Position numbers and translations under genes: made by a program. A stretch of DNA of 64,000 bases. Origin: an uncultured Actinomycetes bacterium (lineage in GTDB: Bacteria > Actinomycetota > Thermoleophilia > RBG-16-64-13). The stretch is from positions 64,001 through 128,000 of the forward strand of contig CAVPLM010000005.1 in the NCBI GenBank assembly GCA_963706025.1, read 5' to 3'. Below, one piece after another: positions 1 through 9,899 of the stretch (position 1 is the stretch's first letter; each line of letters starts with the position of its first letter). The notes under the pieces were generated by a model. The model did not search any database, was not told the DNA's origin, and saw only the letters and a program-made list of their open reading frames with translations.

Positions 1-91
1 GCAGCTCGGGTCACTATCTCTCCAATGTGATCGTCTACGGGCACCTCGTAAGGTAAGGCCAGCCCGACCTGTCCGCAGCCTTCCCACAGTC

Positions 92-120
92 TTGCGACAG
101 AAGGTACTTGGCCCTATACT
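92..120 (+). promoter_or_regulatory. sigma70-type promoter for riboswitch/CDF transcript
   Basis: TTGCGA (92-97), 17-nt spacer, TATACT (115-120). Confidence 0.75.
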
Positions 121-123
121 GCG

Positions 124-214
124 GCCTTGAACAGGCAGCCCCGCCGCACTGAAGGCGCGTGCGGGGTGTAGCCGGGCTTCTGGCAGCAGGCACGTGAGCT
201 CTGCGGGACGTGGT
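124..214 (+). ncRNA. NiCo (czcD) metal-sensing riboswitch aptamer
   Basis: Blocks TGAACAGGC, GTAGCCGGGC, GGCAGCAG and CTGCGGGAC match the NiCo pattern (GAGCAGGC..GCAGCCGGGC..GGCAACAG..CUGUGGGAC, recalled). Stems CCCCGC/GCGGGG and GCAG/CTGC; lies directly upstream of a CDF exporter. Confidence 0.8.
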
Positions 215-233
215 GTTCCCGCGGGGCTTTTTT
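197..233 (+). terminator. intrinsic terminator overlapping the aptamer 3' end (expression platform)
   Basis: AGCTCTGCGGGA (197-208) pairs with TCCCGCGGGGCT (217-228), 12 bp with two G-U pairs, followed by the T-run 228-233. Confidence 0.85.
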
Positions 234-251
234 GCGTGTTTGGAGGTCGAG

Positions 252-1235
252 ATGGGGTCAGCCAAGAAGAAGACCAGAGTAGCCGCGCTGTCAGTGGCCT
301 CCAACAGCCTGCTCATCATCCTCAAGGTGGCGGTTGGTCTGCTTACCGGATCGGTGGCGATACTGTCCGAAGCCATCCACTCAGGTGTAGATCTTGTTGC
401 TGCTTTGATCGCCCTTTTCGCGGTTCGCGCCTCCAGTCGCGAGGCCGACGATAGACATCCCTACGGCCACGGCAAGTTCGAGAACATCTCGGGCACCATC
501 GAGGCGCTGCTGATCTTCGTGGCCGCGGCCTGGATCATCTACGAAGCGGTGAAGAAGCTGATCCATCCTCAGGCCATCGAGATGCCCGGCTGGGGGGTGG
601 CGGTCATGCTGGTGTCGGCGCTTGTGAACACCTTTGTCTCGAGGCGATTGTTCAAGGTGGGTAAGGAGACCGACTCGGTGGCTTTGCAGGCCGATGCCTG
701 GCACCTGCGCACGGACGTCTACACGTCGGTCGGGGTCATGGTCGGACTGCTGGTGATCTGGGTCGGAGGGGCGTTATGGCCCGGACTCAATCTGACTTGG
801 CTGGACCCGGCCGTGGCCATCCTGGTCGCTTGCCTCATCATGAAAGCCGCCTACGATCTGACCCGGGAGTCGGCACGGGATCTTCTCGACGTGAGCCTGC
901 CCGATCAGGATGTCGAGTGGATCCATGGTTTTGTGGCCGAAAGATGGCCGGCAGTGCGCAGCTTTCACAACCTGCGGACGCGCAAGGCCGGCTCCACCCG
1001 CTTCATCGATTTCCACGTGGTCGTCGACGACCGCATGTCGGTGGCGGAGGCCCACGCTCTGGCCGACGAGATCGTGGTGGCCATCAAAGAGCGGGTGCCT
1101 GAATCCCGAGTCTACATCCACGTGGAGCCCTGTGACTACGAGTGCAGGGCCTCGTGCGTGACGGGATGTGCCGTGGACGAGGAGGCGCGCGAGCAGGGGC
1201 GGTCACAGGCACCGTCTAAGTCCCCGCCGGTGTGA
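252..1235 (+). CDS. cation diffusion facilitator (CDF) family metal efflux transporter
   Basis: GGAGG RBS before ATG 252; motifs SEAIHS.D, HPYGHGKFE and ADAWHLRTD; about six TM segments plus a cytoplasmic dimerisation domain. Confidence 0.92.
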   Translation: MGSAKKKTRVAALSVASNSLLIILKVAVGLLTGSVAILSEAIHSGVDLVAALIALFAVRASSREADDRHPYGHGKFENISGTIEALLIFVAAAWIIYEAVKKLIHPQAIEMPGWGVAVMLVSALVNTFVSRRLFKVGKETDSVALQADAWHLRTDVYTSVGVMVGLLVIWVGGALWPGLNLTWLDPAVAILVACLIMKAAYDLTRESARDLLDVSLPDQDVEWIHGFVAERWPAVRSFHNLRTRKAGSTRFIDFHVVVDDRMSVAEAHALADEIVVAIKERVPESRVYIHVEPCDYECRASCVTGCAVDEEAREQGRSQAPSKSPPV

Positions 1236-1382
1236 GTAAATAGCTCGGTCTAAGCGATTCCAGGACCCCGTCCCCGAGGGCAAGCAGGTGCGGGCGCGCA
1301 CGGGCCGGCCCAGAAAGCAGTTTTGCAGTGTGCCGCCTTCGGGCATACTGATAGCCTGTCCAACCAGACCAAGGAGGCGGCA

Positions 1383-3734
1383 GTGACCAGCAGCGAGCCG
1401 GGACGGGAGCCGGGTCAAGGGGGCGGGGCTGCACCTGAGGCCGCGGCGACTCCGCCGGCCGCAGTGACCGAGCCGTCCGCGCCGGCCGCGGCGACTCCGC
1501 CGGCCGCGGCCTCCCCCGGGCGGGCCTTGATCGAGGATGCGCTCCGAGCCGGGGCGCCTGCTCTTGACGAAGACGCCGGCAAGCAGTTCTTCGCGGCCTA
1601 CGGCATCGCCGTGCCTCAGGGCGGGACCGTGAAGACGGTCGACGAAGCCGTCCGGCTTGCCGGCGAGATCGGCTACCCCGTGGTCATGAAGGGGTCGTCC
1701 ACCCAGGTCCAGCACAAGACCGACGCCGGACTGGTGCTGCTGGGCGTCGCCGACGAGACCGAGGTCCGCGAGGCCTATCGGACGCTCGAATCCCGGGCCG
1801 CGACGGCCGGGGCCACGCTCGATGGCGTTCTGGTGGAGCACATGGTCAGGGGTAAGCGGGAATTCGTGGTCGGCCTCTCTCGCGACCTTCTCTTCGGACC
1901 GGTGGTCATGTTCGGCCTGGGCGGCATCTACACGGAGGCGCTGCACGATGTGGCGTTCGCCGTGGCTCCCGTGTCCGAGACCGACGCGTACGAGCTCATG
2001 GACCAGATCGAAGCCAAGGTCCTACTGGGCCCGGTCCGGGGCGAGCCGGCCGTCGATCGGAGCGTGTTGGCCAGGATAATCATGGCCGTGGGCCGGATGG
2101 CAGAGGATCACCCCGAGATCAGCGAGATCGACGTCAATCCCCTGCTCATCGACGGAGCCACCCCGGTGGCGGTGGACGCCCTCATCGCGGTGGGTAAGCC
2201 GGTAGAGGTGTCGACCCGACCTCCGGCCGATATCTCGCGCCTCGATGCCCTGGTGGCCCCGCGCAGCGTGGCGGTGGTCGGCGCTTCTGCCGATACGGCC
2301 AAGTGGGGGGGATGCTGGTGGCGAACCTGCGGCTGGGCGAATTCCCGGGCCCCATCTATCTGGTCAATCCCAAGGGAGGGACGATCCTGGGCCTTCCGGT
2401 CCACGCCAGTGTGTCCGAGCTTCCGGAAGCCCCCGATCTGGTCATCGTGGCCGTGCATTCGTCCTTGGTAAACGGCGTGGTGGAGGAGTGCGGCCGCAAG
2501 GGGGTGGGAGCGGTCGTGGTGGTATCCGCCGGGTTCTCCGAGGTAGGTCCGGAGGGCAGGGCGATGGAAGACGGGATGGTCGACATCGCCGAGAGGTACG
2601 GCATGGCTCTCGTGGGCCCGAACTGCATGGGCGTCATCTCCTCTCACCACAAGCTCTACGGAACAGGGTTCATGCTGGTTCGGCCGGCGCCGGGCGGGGC
2701 GAGCATGGTGTCGCAGTCCGGCAACCTGGGTCTGCAGCTGCTGGTGTCCGCGGAACGGCGCAAGGGTGGGGTGGGCAAGTTCATAGGCGTGGGGAACGAG
2801 GCCATGATCGACGCGGTGGACTTCATAAACTACCTGCACACCGACCCCGAGACCAACACCATAGTCGCCTACATGGAGGGCTTCGACGACGGCCGGCGCC
2901 TGCTGGACGTGATGAAGCGCACCACGCTGGACAAACCCGTGGTGGTGCTGCGCGGCGGGATGAGTGACTACGGCAAGAAAGCGGCCGCTTCCCACACCGG
3001 GGCGTTGACCTCGTCCACCGCCGTGTTCCAGGCGGCGGCGCGACAATCGGGCCTGATAGTGGTCACCGATCCCGACGAATTCATGGATCTCACCTTCGCC
3101 CTTGCCTATATGCCCCTCCCTCCGGGGAGGAGGGTGGCGGTAGCTACTCTGGGAGGGGGCTGGGGCGTGCTGGTGTCGGACGAGATCTCCCGCTGCGGGC
3201 TTCAGCTCGCGGAGTTGTCGCCCGATGTGATCGAGAGCTTGAACAAGGTCTTGCCTCCTTTCTGGAGCCACTCCAACCCGGTGGACATGGTGGCGACCGT
3301 TACCCCGGGCGCGCCGGAGACCGTGGTGGAGACGCTGGTAGCCAGCGAGGGGGTGGACGCGGTGATAGTCATGGGAGTGGTGGGCTCTATGAGCGAGAGT
3401 CGCCGGGCCATCACGGAGATAGAAGGCTTGAAAGCGGCGTGCGAAGGGGCAAAAGGCGCCGGCGCCGTCTGCCTGCGGCGACGAGGAGCAGGCCGAGCCG
3501 GAACTGAGCGAGCGGGAATTGGCCTTCATCAAACAGAACGCGATACTCATGGACCGCTACTGCAAGCCCATCGCCAACATATCGCAGAAGCCCATGAGCC
3601 AGGCCGTCTTCTCCGTGGGGGGGCGCTACTCGACCTTCGTTCTTCCCTCCCCGCTTCGAGGAGTGCGGATCCTGGGCAAGATGGCGGCCTACAGCGCGTA
3701 TCTGCAGAAGAACGACAGGAGCCTGCGCTGCTGA
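1383..3734 (+). CDS. fused ADP-forming acyl-CoA synthetase (ATP-grasp N-terminal, CoA-binding/ligase C-terminal); two apparent frameshifts near 2311 and 3450
   Basis: AGGAGG before GTG 1383; HKTDAG, FGPVVMFGLGG and EIDVNPL (ATP-grasp); VAVVGAS, GPNCMG, SQSG and AAASHTGAL (phospho-His). Continuous across three frames. Confidence 0.85.
1439..1511 (+). repeat. imperfect tandem repeat encoding an Ala/Pro/Thr N-terminal linker
   Basis: GGCCGCGGCGACTCCGCCGGCCGC occurs twice (AAATPPAA). Confidence 0.6.
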
Positions 3735-5015
3735 GCCGCGGAGCATCGTTGCCCGACGGCATAGCCCGACAGATCGAGGCCGAGGGGGGTCGAGTCACTT
3801 TCGCCCGCTTCATGGAACTGGCGCTGACCCACCCCACTGAGGGGTACTACACGCGGGCCGAACCTCTCCTCGGGCCGCAGGGGCACTTCAGCACCGCCCC
3901 GCGGTTATTGCCGTTCTTCAACCGGGCGGTAGCCAGGCTGCTTGCCGAGTTGGTGGACTCATGGAGCGTGGCATGTGCGACCGGCGCCGGGTCGGCAGGT
4001 ATCGGCGGCGAGCTGCCGGGTTCGGTGATCGAGTTGGGAGGGGGAGAGGGGGACCTGGCCGGCGCCGTGCTGCGGACGTGGGAGGACACCCGTCCCGATC
4101 TGCGCTCACTCGTGGTCTACAGCATAGTGGAGATCGGAGCAGGACTGCGCGCCCGCCAGGACGGGGCCTTGTCAGAGGCAAGGAGACAGGGCTGGAAGGT
4201 GCGCTGGGCGGCCGACCTGCTCGTAGCCGCGACCGGGACCCGACCGTGCGTGATCCTCGGTAACGAGTTCGTCGACGCACTGCCGGTGCATCTGGTGGAC
4301 GTGCAGGGTCGGCGACCGCGCGAGGCATGGGTGACCATCGATCGCGCCGTCGGCGATGGTGCGAGTGGGAGTGGGCATGTGGAGGCGCGACCGACCGAGA
4401 TCTGGGAGGACGTCTCCCAGGAGGCCGAAGCCGAACTGCTGGCCCTATTCGGGACCGCCGAAACGGAGGCCTTGCGGTCGCTCAGTCGCGACGGCGTCAT
4501 CGAGGTGCGGCCCGCCCTCCGGGCCGCTGATGGACCAGATCACCGCCGTCATGCCGTCGGGCTGCCTACTCACCATCGACTACGGGGAGTGGGGGGTGAC
4601 GTCGCCTGCCGAAGATGCTTACTGCGGGCGCGACTCCACGAGAGGGAACGCCTACGGGCGCACCATCCGCGGGTATTTCCGGCACCAGCTCGCGCTCGAC
4701 CCCTACATTCGCGTGGGCTTTCAGGACCTGACGGCCGACGTTGACTTCAGAGCTATGGACCTTCACGGTCGCGAGGCCGGGTTCGAGACGGTGCTCTTCA
4801 CGACCGTCGCTGCTCTGCTCACGGCCGATGGAGGCGGGGAACGATTGGCATACCTGCTCGAACGTGCGACCTCACCGTCCGGGGAGGCACTCGAGGCCGA
4901 TCACGAGGCGCAGGTGTTGGCGGGTCTCTTGGATCCCCAAGGGCTCGGGGGAGCGTACAAAGTGATGCTCCAGGTCAGGGACTGGGGGGCCAATCAGCAG
5001 GAGCGGCAGCCGTAG
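3731..5015 (+). CDS. SAM-dependent methyltransferase, MidA/NDUFAF7 family; apparent frameshift near 4522; start uncertain
   Basis: TFARFMELAL..GYY, F.TAP, IELGGGEG, NEFVDALP, LLTIDYG and QDLTADVDF motifs. Confidence 0.85.
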
Positions 5016-6318
5016 TGGTGGTAGTGGCTGGAGCATAGACCGCGCGGTCGCCCGAGCGGGTGAGCTTCAATCCCAAGTCGGAGCTCAGACGGGCCAGACG
5101 ATTCAGGATCACATCGGCCTCGTTCCCGGTGACGGGAGCTGGGACGCCGGTGGCCTCGCTCAGGTAGACGGGTACGACCTCGACGTACGGCGGCTCCCCA
5201 GGCTTCATGGCTACCTGGAGAACAAAGGTCTCTCCCGTTTCCCGGGAGTGGTGGTCCCAGACGAAATCGCCCAGGCTGTAGGCGATCAGTCTGTCTCGGT
5301 AGAGTTCTAGGCCTTGGATGACATGGGGATGGTGACCCAGGACGAGATCGGCCCCCGCGTCGATCGCCTGGTGGGCGAGTCTGCGCTGCTCCTGATTCGC
5401 CCGGCCCGTGTACTCCTTACCCCAGTGGAAGCTCACGACGACGAAGTCGGCTTTCTCCTGGGCTGAGGCGATCGCGGCCAGCAGCTTCTTGTGGTCTGGG
5501 GTGGTGGGATTGATCCCGGCTCGATCGGCGGTAGCGGCAAAACCGGGATGGATCAACTCCGTGAAGGCAAGGACCGCCACGATGCCGGCCGGGGTGAGGA
5601 GCAAGGCCGGCGCCTGCGCCGCTTCCGCGTCGGCGCCGGCGCCCGCGTGATTCACGCCTGCCTCGTCCAGCCGGTCGATCGTGTCGAGGAGGGCGGTGGG
5701 GCCGAAGTCGACGGCGTGGTTGTTCGCAAGGCTCACCACGTCGACGCCGGCTGCTGCCAGTCCGTCGACTAGAGCCGGGCGGCCGAGGAAGGTGTACTCC
5801 TTGTGGGGGTCGGGCGTGCCCCGGTCGGAGAGGGGCGATTCCAGGTTCACGAAGGCCAGGTGCGCTTCTTCGAGCAGAGGTCTGACCTTGGCGAAGACCG
5901 CCTCGCCGCCGTGCTCGTCGACAAAGGTGCCTACTCGCCGGTCGCCGAGCACGTCGCCGCCGGCGGCGACCGTGAGCGCGGGAGGTGGCGCTTCGGTCGT
6001 GGTGGTCGTGGAGGTAGTGGTCGTGGAAGCCGTGGTGGAGGAGGTCGTGGTCGAAGCGCTGGTGGAGGTGGCGGCCGGAGCGACAGTCGCAGTGGTGGCC
6101 GCTGCCAAGGTGTCCCCGAAGCCCGGCGAGGTGCCGGAGGAGCTCAGCGCGCTTATGGGTGTGGTCCCGGCCTCAGCGCTGATCGAAGAGCTCCCGTCGG
6201 CCCCCTGGGAGGAGTGGCAGCCGGCAAGCGCGATCGCGGCCGCCCAGAACACGACCGCCAGCACCACCAATCTGCGATCGGTGAAGCGCGACCCTCCGGG
6301 TGTGTTCTTGGGCCCCAT
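4975..6318 (-). CDS. CapA/PgsA-family metallophosphoesterase-like lipoprotein
   Basis: Lipobox-like LAGC, Ser/Thr linker, GDV, NLESPL, SLANNH, FHWG.EY, GHHPHV and YSLGDF. Minus-strand TATACT lies 7 nt before ATG 6318 (probably leaderless). Confidence 0.88.
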   Translation of the reverse strand: MGPKNTPGGSRFTDRRLVVLAVVFWAAAIALAGCHSSQGADGSSSISAEAGTTPISALSSSGTSPGFGDTLAAATTATVAPAATSTSASTTTSSTTASTTTTSTTTTTEAPPPALTVAAGGDVLGDRRVGTFVDEHGGEAVFAKVRPLLEEAHLAFVNLESPLSDRGTPDPHKEYTFLGRPALVDGLAAAGVDVVSLANNHAVDFGPTALLDTIDRLDEAGVNHAGAGADAEAAQAPALLLTPAGIVAVLAFTELIHPGFAATADRAGINPTTPDHKKLLAAIASAQEKADFVVVSFHWGKEYTGRANQEQRRLAHQAIDAGADLVLGHHPHVIQGLELYRDRLIAYSLGDFVWDHHSRETGETFVLQVAMKPGEPPYVEVVPVYLSEATGVPAPVTGNEADVILNRLARLSSDLGLKLTRSGDRAVYAPATTTTTAAAPADWPPSP

Positions 6319-6418
6319 GCCTGTGAGTATAATAGCCGAGCCTGCCCGGTAGGCGACTATGGTGCCGCGGCGGAGAGGGTCGAAGAGTATTCTCGTCACT
6401 CGAGGCGTCTGAGGAGCA

Positions 6419-7486
6419 ATGCGACCGGTCGGCAGAGGAGATAGAGGCAAGCGTGTGGTCGACGTCCAGACGCGTCTGGCGGCCCTTGACTACTTCCTGG
6501 GCCGGGAGGGCGCCGACGGCATGTTCGGCCCCCACACCGAGAGCGCGATCCGCGCGTTCCAGCAACAGAGGCTTCTGGTCGCCGACGGCGTGGTCGAGGA
6601 CAACACCTGGACCGAGCTCGTCGAGGCCGGGTACGAGCCGGGAGAGCGTCTTCTGTACCTACGCGTGCCCTACATGCGCGGGGACGACGTGCTCTATCTA
6701 CAGCGTCGGCTGAACGAGCTGGGATTCGACTCCGGCCCCGTGGACGGCATCTTCGGTCCGCCACTTGAGGAGGCGGTGACCGATTTCCAGCGGAACGCCG
6801 GGCTCAATGTCGACGGGATCGTGGGAGAGACGACCCTAGACCGGCTTCGTCGCCTCCGTCAGGTGAACCAGTCCGAGCACTTGGGCGGCATCCCCGACCG
6901 GATGGACGGGTACGTGGGACGGCGTTCCCTCCCGGGGCTGCGGGTGAGCATCGAACCTGCGCCTCTCGGCCTGGAGCGAGGCGCTTCGGGGGAACCCGGC
7001 CGGATTGAAAGCGGTCTTAGCCTGGCTCTGGGGACGCGGTTGGCCGACCTCCTTGAAGGTGCGGGAGCTCTGGTCTGCCTGCTCCAAAGCGAAGTCGATT
7101 CTCTGTCCCTATACGAGCAGACTGAAGCCGCCAGCGCTTGGGAACCCGATATCCACGTGTGTCTCCGTCACAGCCACAATCCGTGTCCGCGGGCCCAGGG
7201 GGCCGCTGCCTTCTACTTCGCCAATGCCGTGTATCACTCCAGGGGAGGAAGACGGCTGGCCGGTTACATCGTCGACGCACTGAGCCGGGAACTGGGCCGG
7301 GTGGACCTCCACAAGCACGGTCGGAACTACGCCTGCATGCGGGAAGTGAAGCCCCTGGCCGTTTTGGTCGAACCCGGCTTTATCAGCCACCCTCAGGAGG
7401 GCCGGCTACTGGCCGATCCGGTGGTCATCGGACGAGAAGCGGTTGCGATCATCCACGGCATCGAGGCCTATCTGGCGAGACTCTAA
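6419..7486 (+). CDS. CwlM-like protein: two peptidoglycan-binding domains plus a degenerate Amidase_3 domain
   Basis: ADGMFGP.TE.AIRAFQ and VDGIFGP..EEAV.DFQ repeats; amidase-fold C-terminus ending VLVEPGFISH. Confidence 0.85.
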   Translation: MRPVGRGDRGKRVVDVQTRLAALDYFLGREGADGMFGPHTESAIRAFQQQRLLVADGVVEDNTWTELVEAGYEPGERLLYLRVPYMRGDDVLYLQRRLNELGFDSGPVDGIFGPPLEEAVTDFQRNAGLNVDGIVGETTLDRLRRLRQVNQSEHLGGIPDRMDGYVGRRSLPGLRVSIEPAPLGLERGASGEPGRIESGLSLALGTRLADLLEGAGALVCLLQSEVDSLSLYEQTEAASAWEPDIHVCLRHSHNPCPRAQGAAAFYFANAVYHSRGGRRLAGYIVDALSRELGRVDLHKHGRNYACMREVKPLAVLVEPGFISHPQEGRLLADPVVIGREAVAIIHGIEAYLARL

Positions 7487-7626
7487 GCGTCTCCGCGAGC
7501 CTGCGTGGGCGGGAGCTCCGCCGAGGTCCGGGTTGGTATGCGCCGAGGAAAATGGTAAAGTGCGCAGAACTTCGAGACGAGCGGCGTGAAGCGGCTCCGG
7601 CCCCGTAAGCGACCAGGGAGGCTCCG

Positions 7627-8775
7627 ATCAACACCGGCACGTCAGGCGGCATCGGGCGACGTCTCATCCCAATCCTTCTCATCCTTGCCGTCATCACCTT
7701 GGTCTGCAGTGAGGCCGTACGGGCTGAGCCCGCGGCGATCACGAAGGCCAAGAACGAGGCTGAAGCCCTCGCGGAACGCATCGACGAACTGAACAATCAA
7801 CTCGAGGCCGTGGTCGAGGACTACAACTACGCCACGGAGAAGCTGAGCCAGACCAAGGCGGCTATCGAGGACAAGCGGGCCAAGCTGGCGCAGGCCGAGG
7901 CCGACCTAGAGGTTCTGCGCGCCCAGCTGACCGAGCGGGTGGTGCAAATCTACAAGCAAGGCGACCTGAGCACGCTCGACATGCTGGTGGGCGCCTCTTC
8001 CTTCTCAGACCTCATCAACCGCCTCGACATGCTCGAGCGCATGAGCGCCCAAGACAACGAGATGCTTGAAGAGGTCGATGCCTATCGGACCCGGGTGTCC
8101 GATCGCGAGAGCGAGCTGGCGGCTCAGCTCGAAGAAGAGAAGGTACTGGCAGCCGAAGCTGAGTCTGCCAAGACCAAGGTGGAGGAGACTCTCGTCGCCA
8201 ACGAGCGTGCGCTGGAGGGCAAAGAAGCCCAGATAGCGCAGCTGCAGAAGGAGGAGGCTGCCCGACAGGCGCGGCTGGCCGCTGAAGCCAGGGCCAGAGC
8301 CGCCGCAGCGGCTGCCGCGGCCAAGAAAGCGGCAGCGGCCACTGCCTTGGCCAAGAAGGCGGCCGCTGCCAACAAGTCGGGCTCGGGTGGCTCCACCAGC
8401 GTCAACGTCTCGGTGCCGGACTCGGCCAGCGCCGGCGATGTGGTCTCGATAGCCATGGAGTATCTCGGGTGCCGGTATGTGTGGGCCGGCGCTAGTCCCG
8501 ATGGTTTCGACTGCTCGGGCTTCGTCATGTACGTGTACAAGAAGGTCGGCGTCGGCCTGCCCCACTCCAGTCGTATGCAGTACGGGGCCGGCGTGGCCGT
8601 CTCGAGAGGCGACCTCAAGCCGGGCGACCTTGTCTTCTTCTACAACCCCATCCACCACGTGGGCATCTACATCGGTGACGGCAAGATGATCCACGCCGCC
8701 GGCGTGGGCAAAGGGGTGCGCATCGACAGCGCCTGGCGCAGCAGCTACTACGGCGCCTGCCGCATCATCCTGTAG
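7627..8775 (+). CDS. secreted coiled-coil NlpC/P60 peptidoglycan endopeptidase (RipA/CwlO-like); start probably ATC 7627
   Basis: Signal peptide RRLIPILLILAVITLV..AVRA, long coiled coil, and YVWAGA..GFDCSG / HHVGIY..MIHA catalytic motifs. Confidence 0.9.
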   Translation: MNTGTSGGIGRRLIPILLILAVITLVCSEAVRAEPAAITKAKNEAEALAERIDELNNQLEAVVEDYNYATEKLSQTKAAIEDKRAKLAQAEADLEVLRAQLTERVVQIYKQGDLSTLDMLVGASSFSDLINRLDMLERMSAQDNEMLEEVDAYRTRVSDRESELAAQLEEEKVLAAEAESAKTKVEETLVANERALEGKEAQIAQLQKEEAARQARLAAEARARAAAAAAAAKKAAAATALAKKAAAANKSGSGGSTSVNVSVPDSASAGDVVSIAMEYLGCRYVWAGASPDGFDCSGFVMYVYKKVGVGLPHSSRMQYGAGVAVSRGDLKPGDLVFFYNPIHHVGIYIGDGKMIHAAGVGKGVRIDSAWRSSYYGACRIIL

Positions 8776-8787
8776 ATGCCCTTCGGC

Positions 8788-9810
8788 ATGGGGATCCCGG
8801 CCGTCTACTACCATCCCTCGTTCCTGAAGCACGAGACGGGCGATCACCCTGAGAGCAAAGAGCGTCTCGTGGTCGCCAGGCAGACTCTGCTCGAAAGCGG
8901 GCTGGAATTGGAGTGGGTCACGCCCGAACCGGCATCGGTGGCGGCGATCGCGCGAGTGCACGACCGGGACTATATCGACTCAGTCCGGCAGACGGCCGAG
9001 AGCGGTGGGGGTTGGCTAGACTGGGACACCGCCGTGTCCCCTCATTCGTATGAAGCGGCACTTCTGGCCGCCGGTTCTGGTATCACGGCTGCCGAGCGCT
9101 GTCTTTCGACGGGGCAACTGGCCTTCATGCTCGTGCGGCCACCCGGCCACCACGCCACCCGTTCGCGGGGGATGGGATTCTGCCTTTTCAACAACATCGC
9201 GGTCGCTGCCGCCCACGCTTTGGAAGAATTGGGCTTGGAGCGGGTGCTCATCGCGGACTGGGACGTGCATCACGGGAACGGCACCCAGGCTACGTTCTAT
9301 GACGATCCCCGAGTGTTGTTCCTCAGCATCCATCAAGGCGGTCACTTTCCCGGGACTGGGCTCGCAAGAGAAGTTGGAAGTGGTGAGGGCGCCGGATTCA
9401 CCGTAAACGTCCCCCTGCACGGAGGTGATTCGGACGGGGCTGTACTCCTGGCCTTCGAGTCGCTCCTTTCGCCGCTCACGCGGGCCTTCAGACCTCAGCT
9501 CATCCTTGTTTCCGCCGGGTACGATCCCCAGAAGGGAGATCCTCTGGGCGACCTACGCTATTCGGAAGCGGCGTTCCAATGGATGGCCGCCCGTTTGCTG
9601 GCGCTCGCTCAGGACGTGGGCGCCGCCGGCCCCCTTTGTTTCCTGGAGGGTGGCTATGTACCGCATATGCTGGCGGCGTCGATCGTCGCCACCCTCAGAG
9701 GCTTGGGAGGCGAGGCTCCGCCGTTCGAGCGCGTGATCTCTGACGATGAGCGGGCCGATGTGTTGGGGACTCTGGAGGCCGTGAAACCCTACTGGCAAGG
9801 GGTGCTCTAG
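8788..9810 (+). CDS. zinc-dependent histone deacetylase family protein (alternative start 8776)
   Basis: HPE..ERL, RPPGHHA, GFCLFNN, DWDVHHGNGT, SAGYD and LEGGY. Confidence 0.93.
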   Translation: MGIPAVYYHPSFLKHETGDHPESKERLVVARQTLLESGLELEWVTPEPASVAAIARVHDRDYIDSVRQTAESGGGWLDWDTAVSPHSYEAALLAAGSGITAAERCLSTGQLAFMLVRPPGHHATRSRGMGFCLFNNIAVAAAHALEELGLERVLIADWDVHHGNGTQATFYDDPRVLFLSIHQGGHFPGTGLAREVGSGEGAGFTVNVPLHGGDSDGAVLLAFESLLSPLTRAFRPQLILVSAGYDPQKGDPLGDLRYSEAAFQWMAARLLALAQDVGAAGPLCFLEGGYVPHMLAASIVATLRGLGGEAPPFERVISDDERADVLGTLEAVKPYWQGVL

Positions 9811-9899
9811 CTCAGGATCCTCTCAAGTCTGAGGCGGTTTGCACCGACACATGGAGAGGACGGGTAGTCGAGACGCGGACCCGGGAGGGTCTGGGGTTT

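Noticed and set aside
1-14. Start of a divergent minus-strand gene (GGAGAG followed by GTG at 14)
   Set aside because: Only four codons lie inside the window, so it cannot be supported.
2303-4744. 813-aa ORF suggesting an acyl-CoA synthetase/methyltransferase fusion
   Set aside because: Produced by the frameshift near 3450; the real synthetase C-terminus is in another frame ending at 3734.
7487-7610. c-di-AMP (ydaO) riboswitch upstream of the NlpC/P60 gene
   Set aside because: The characteristic conserved blocks were not recognisable and the region is short.
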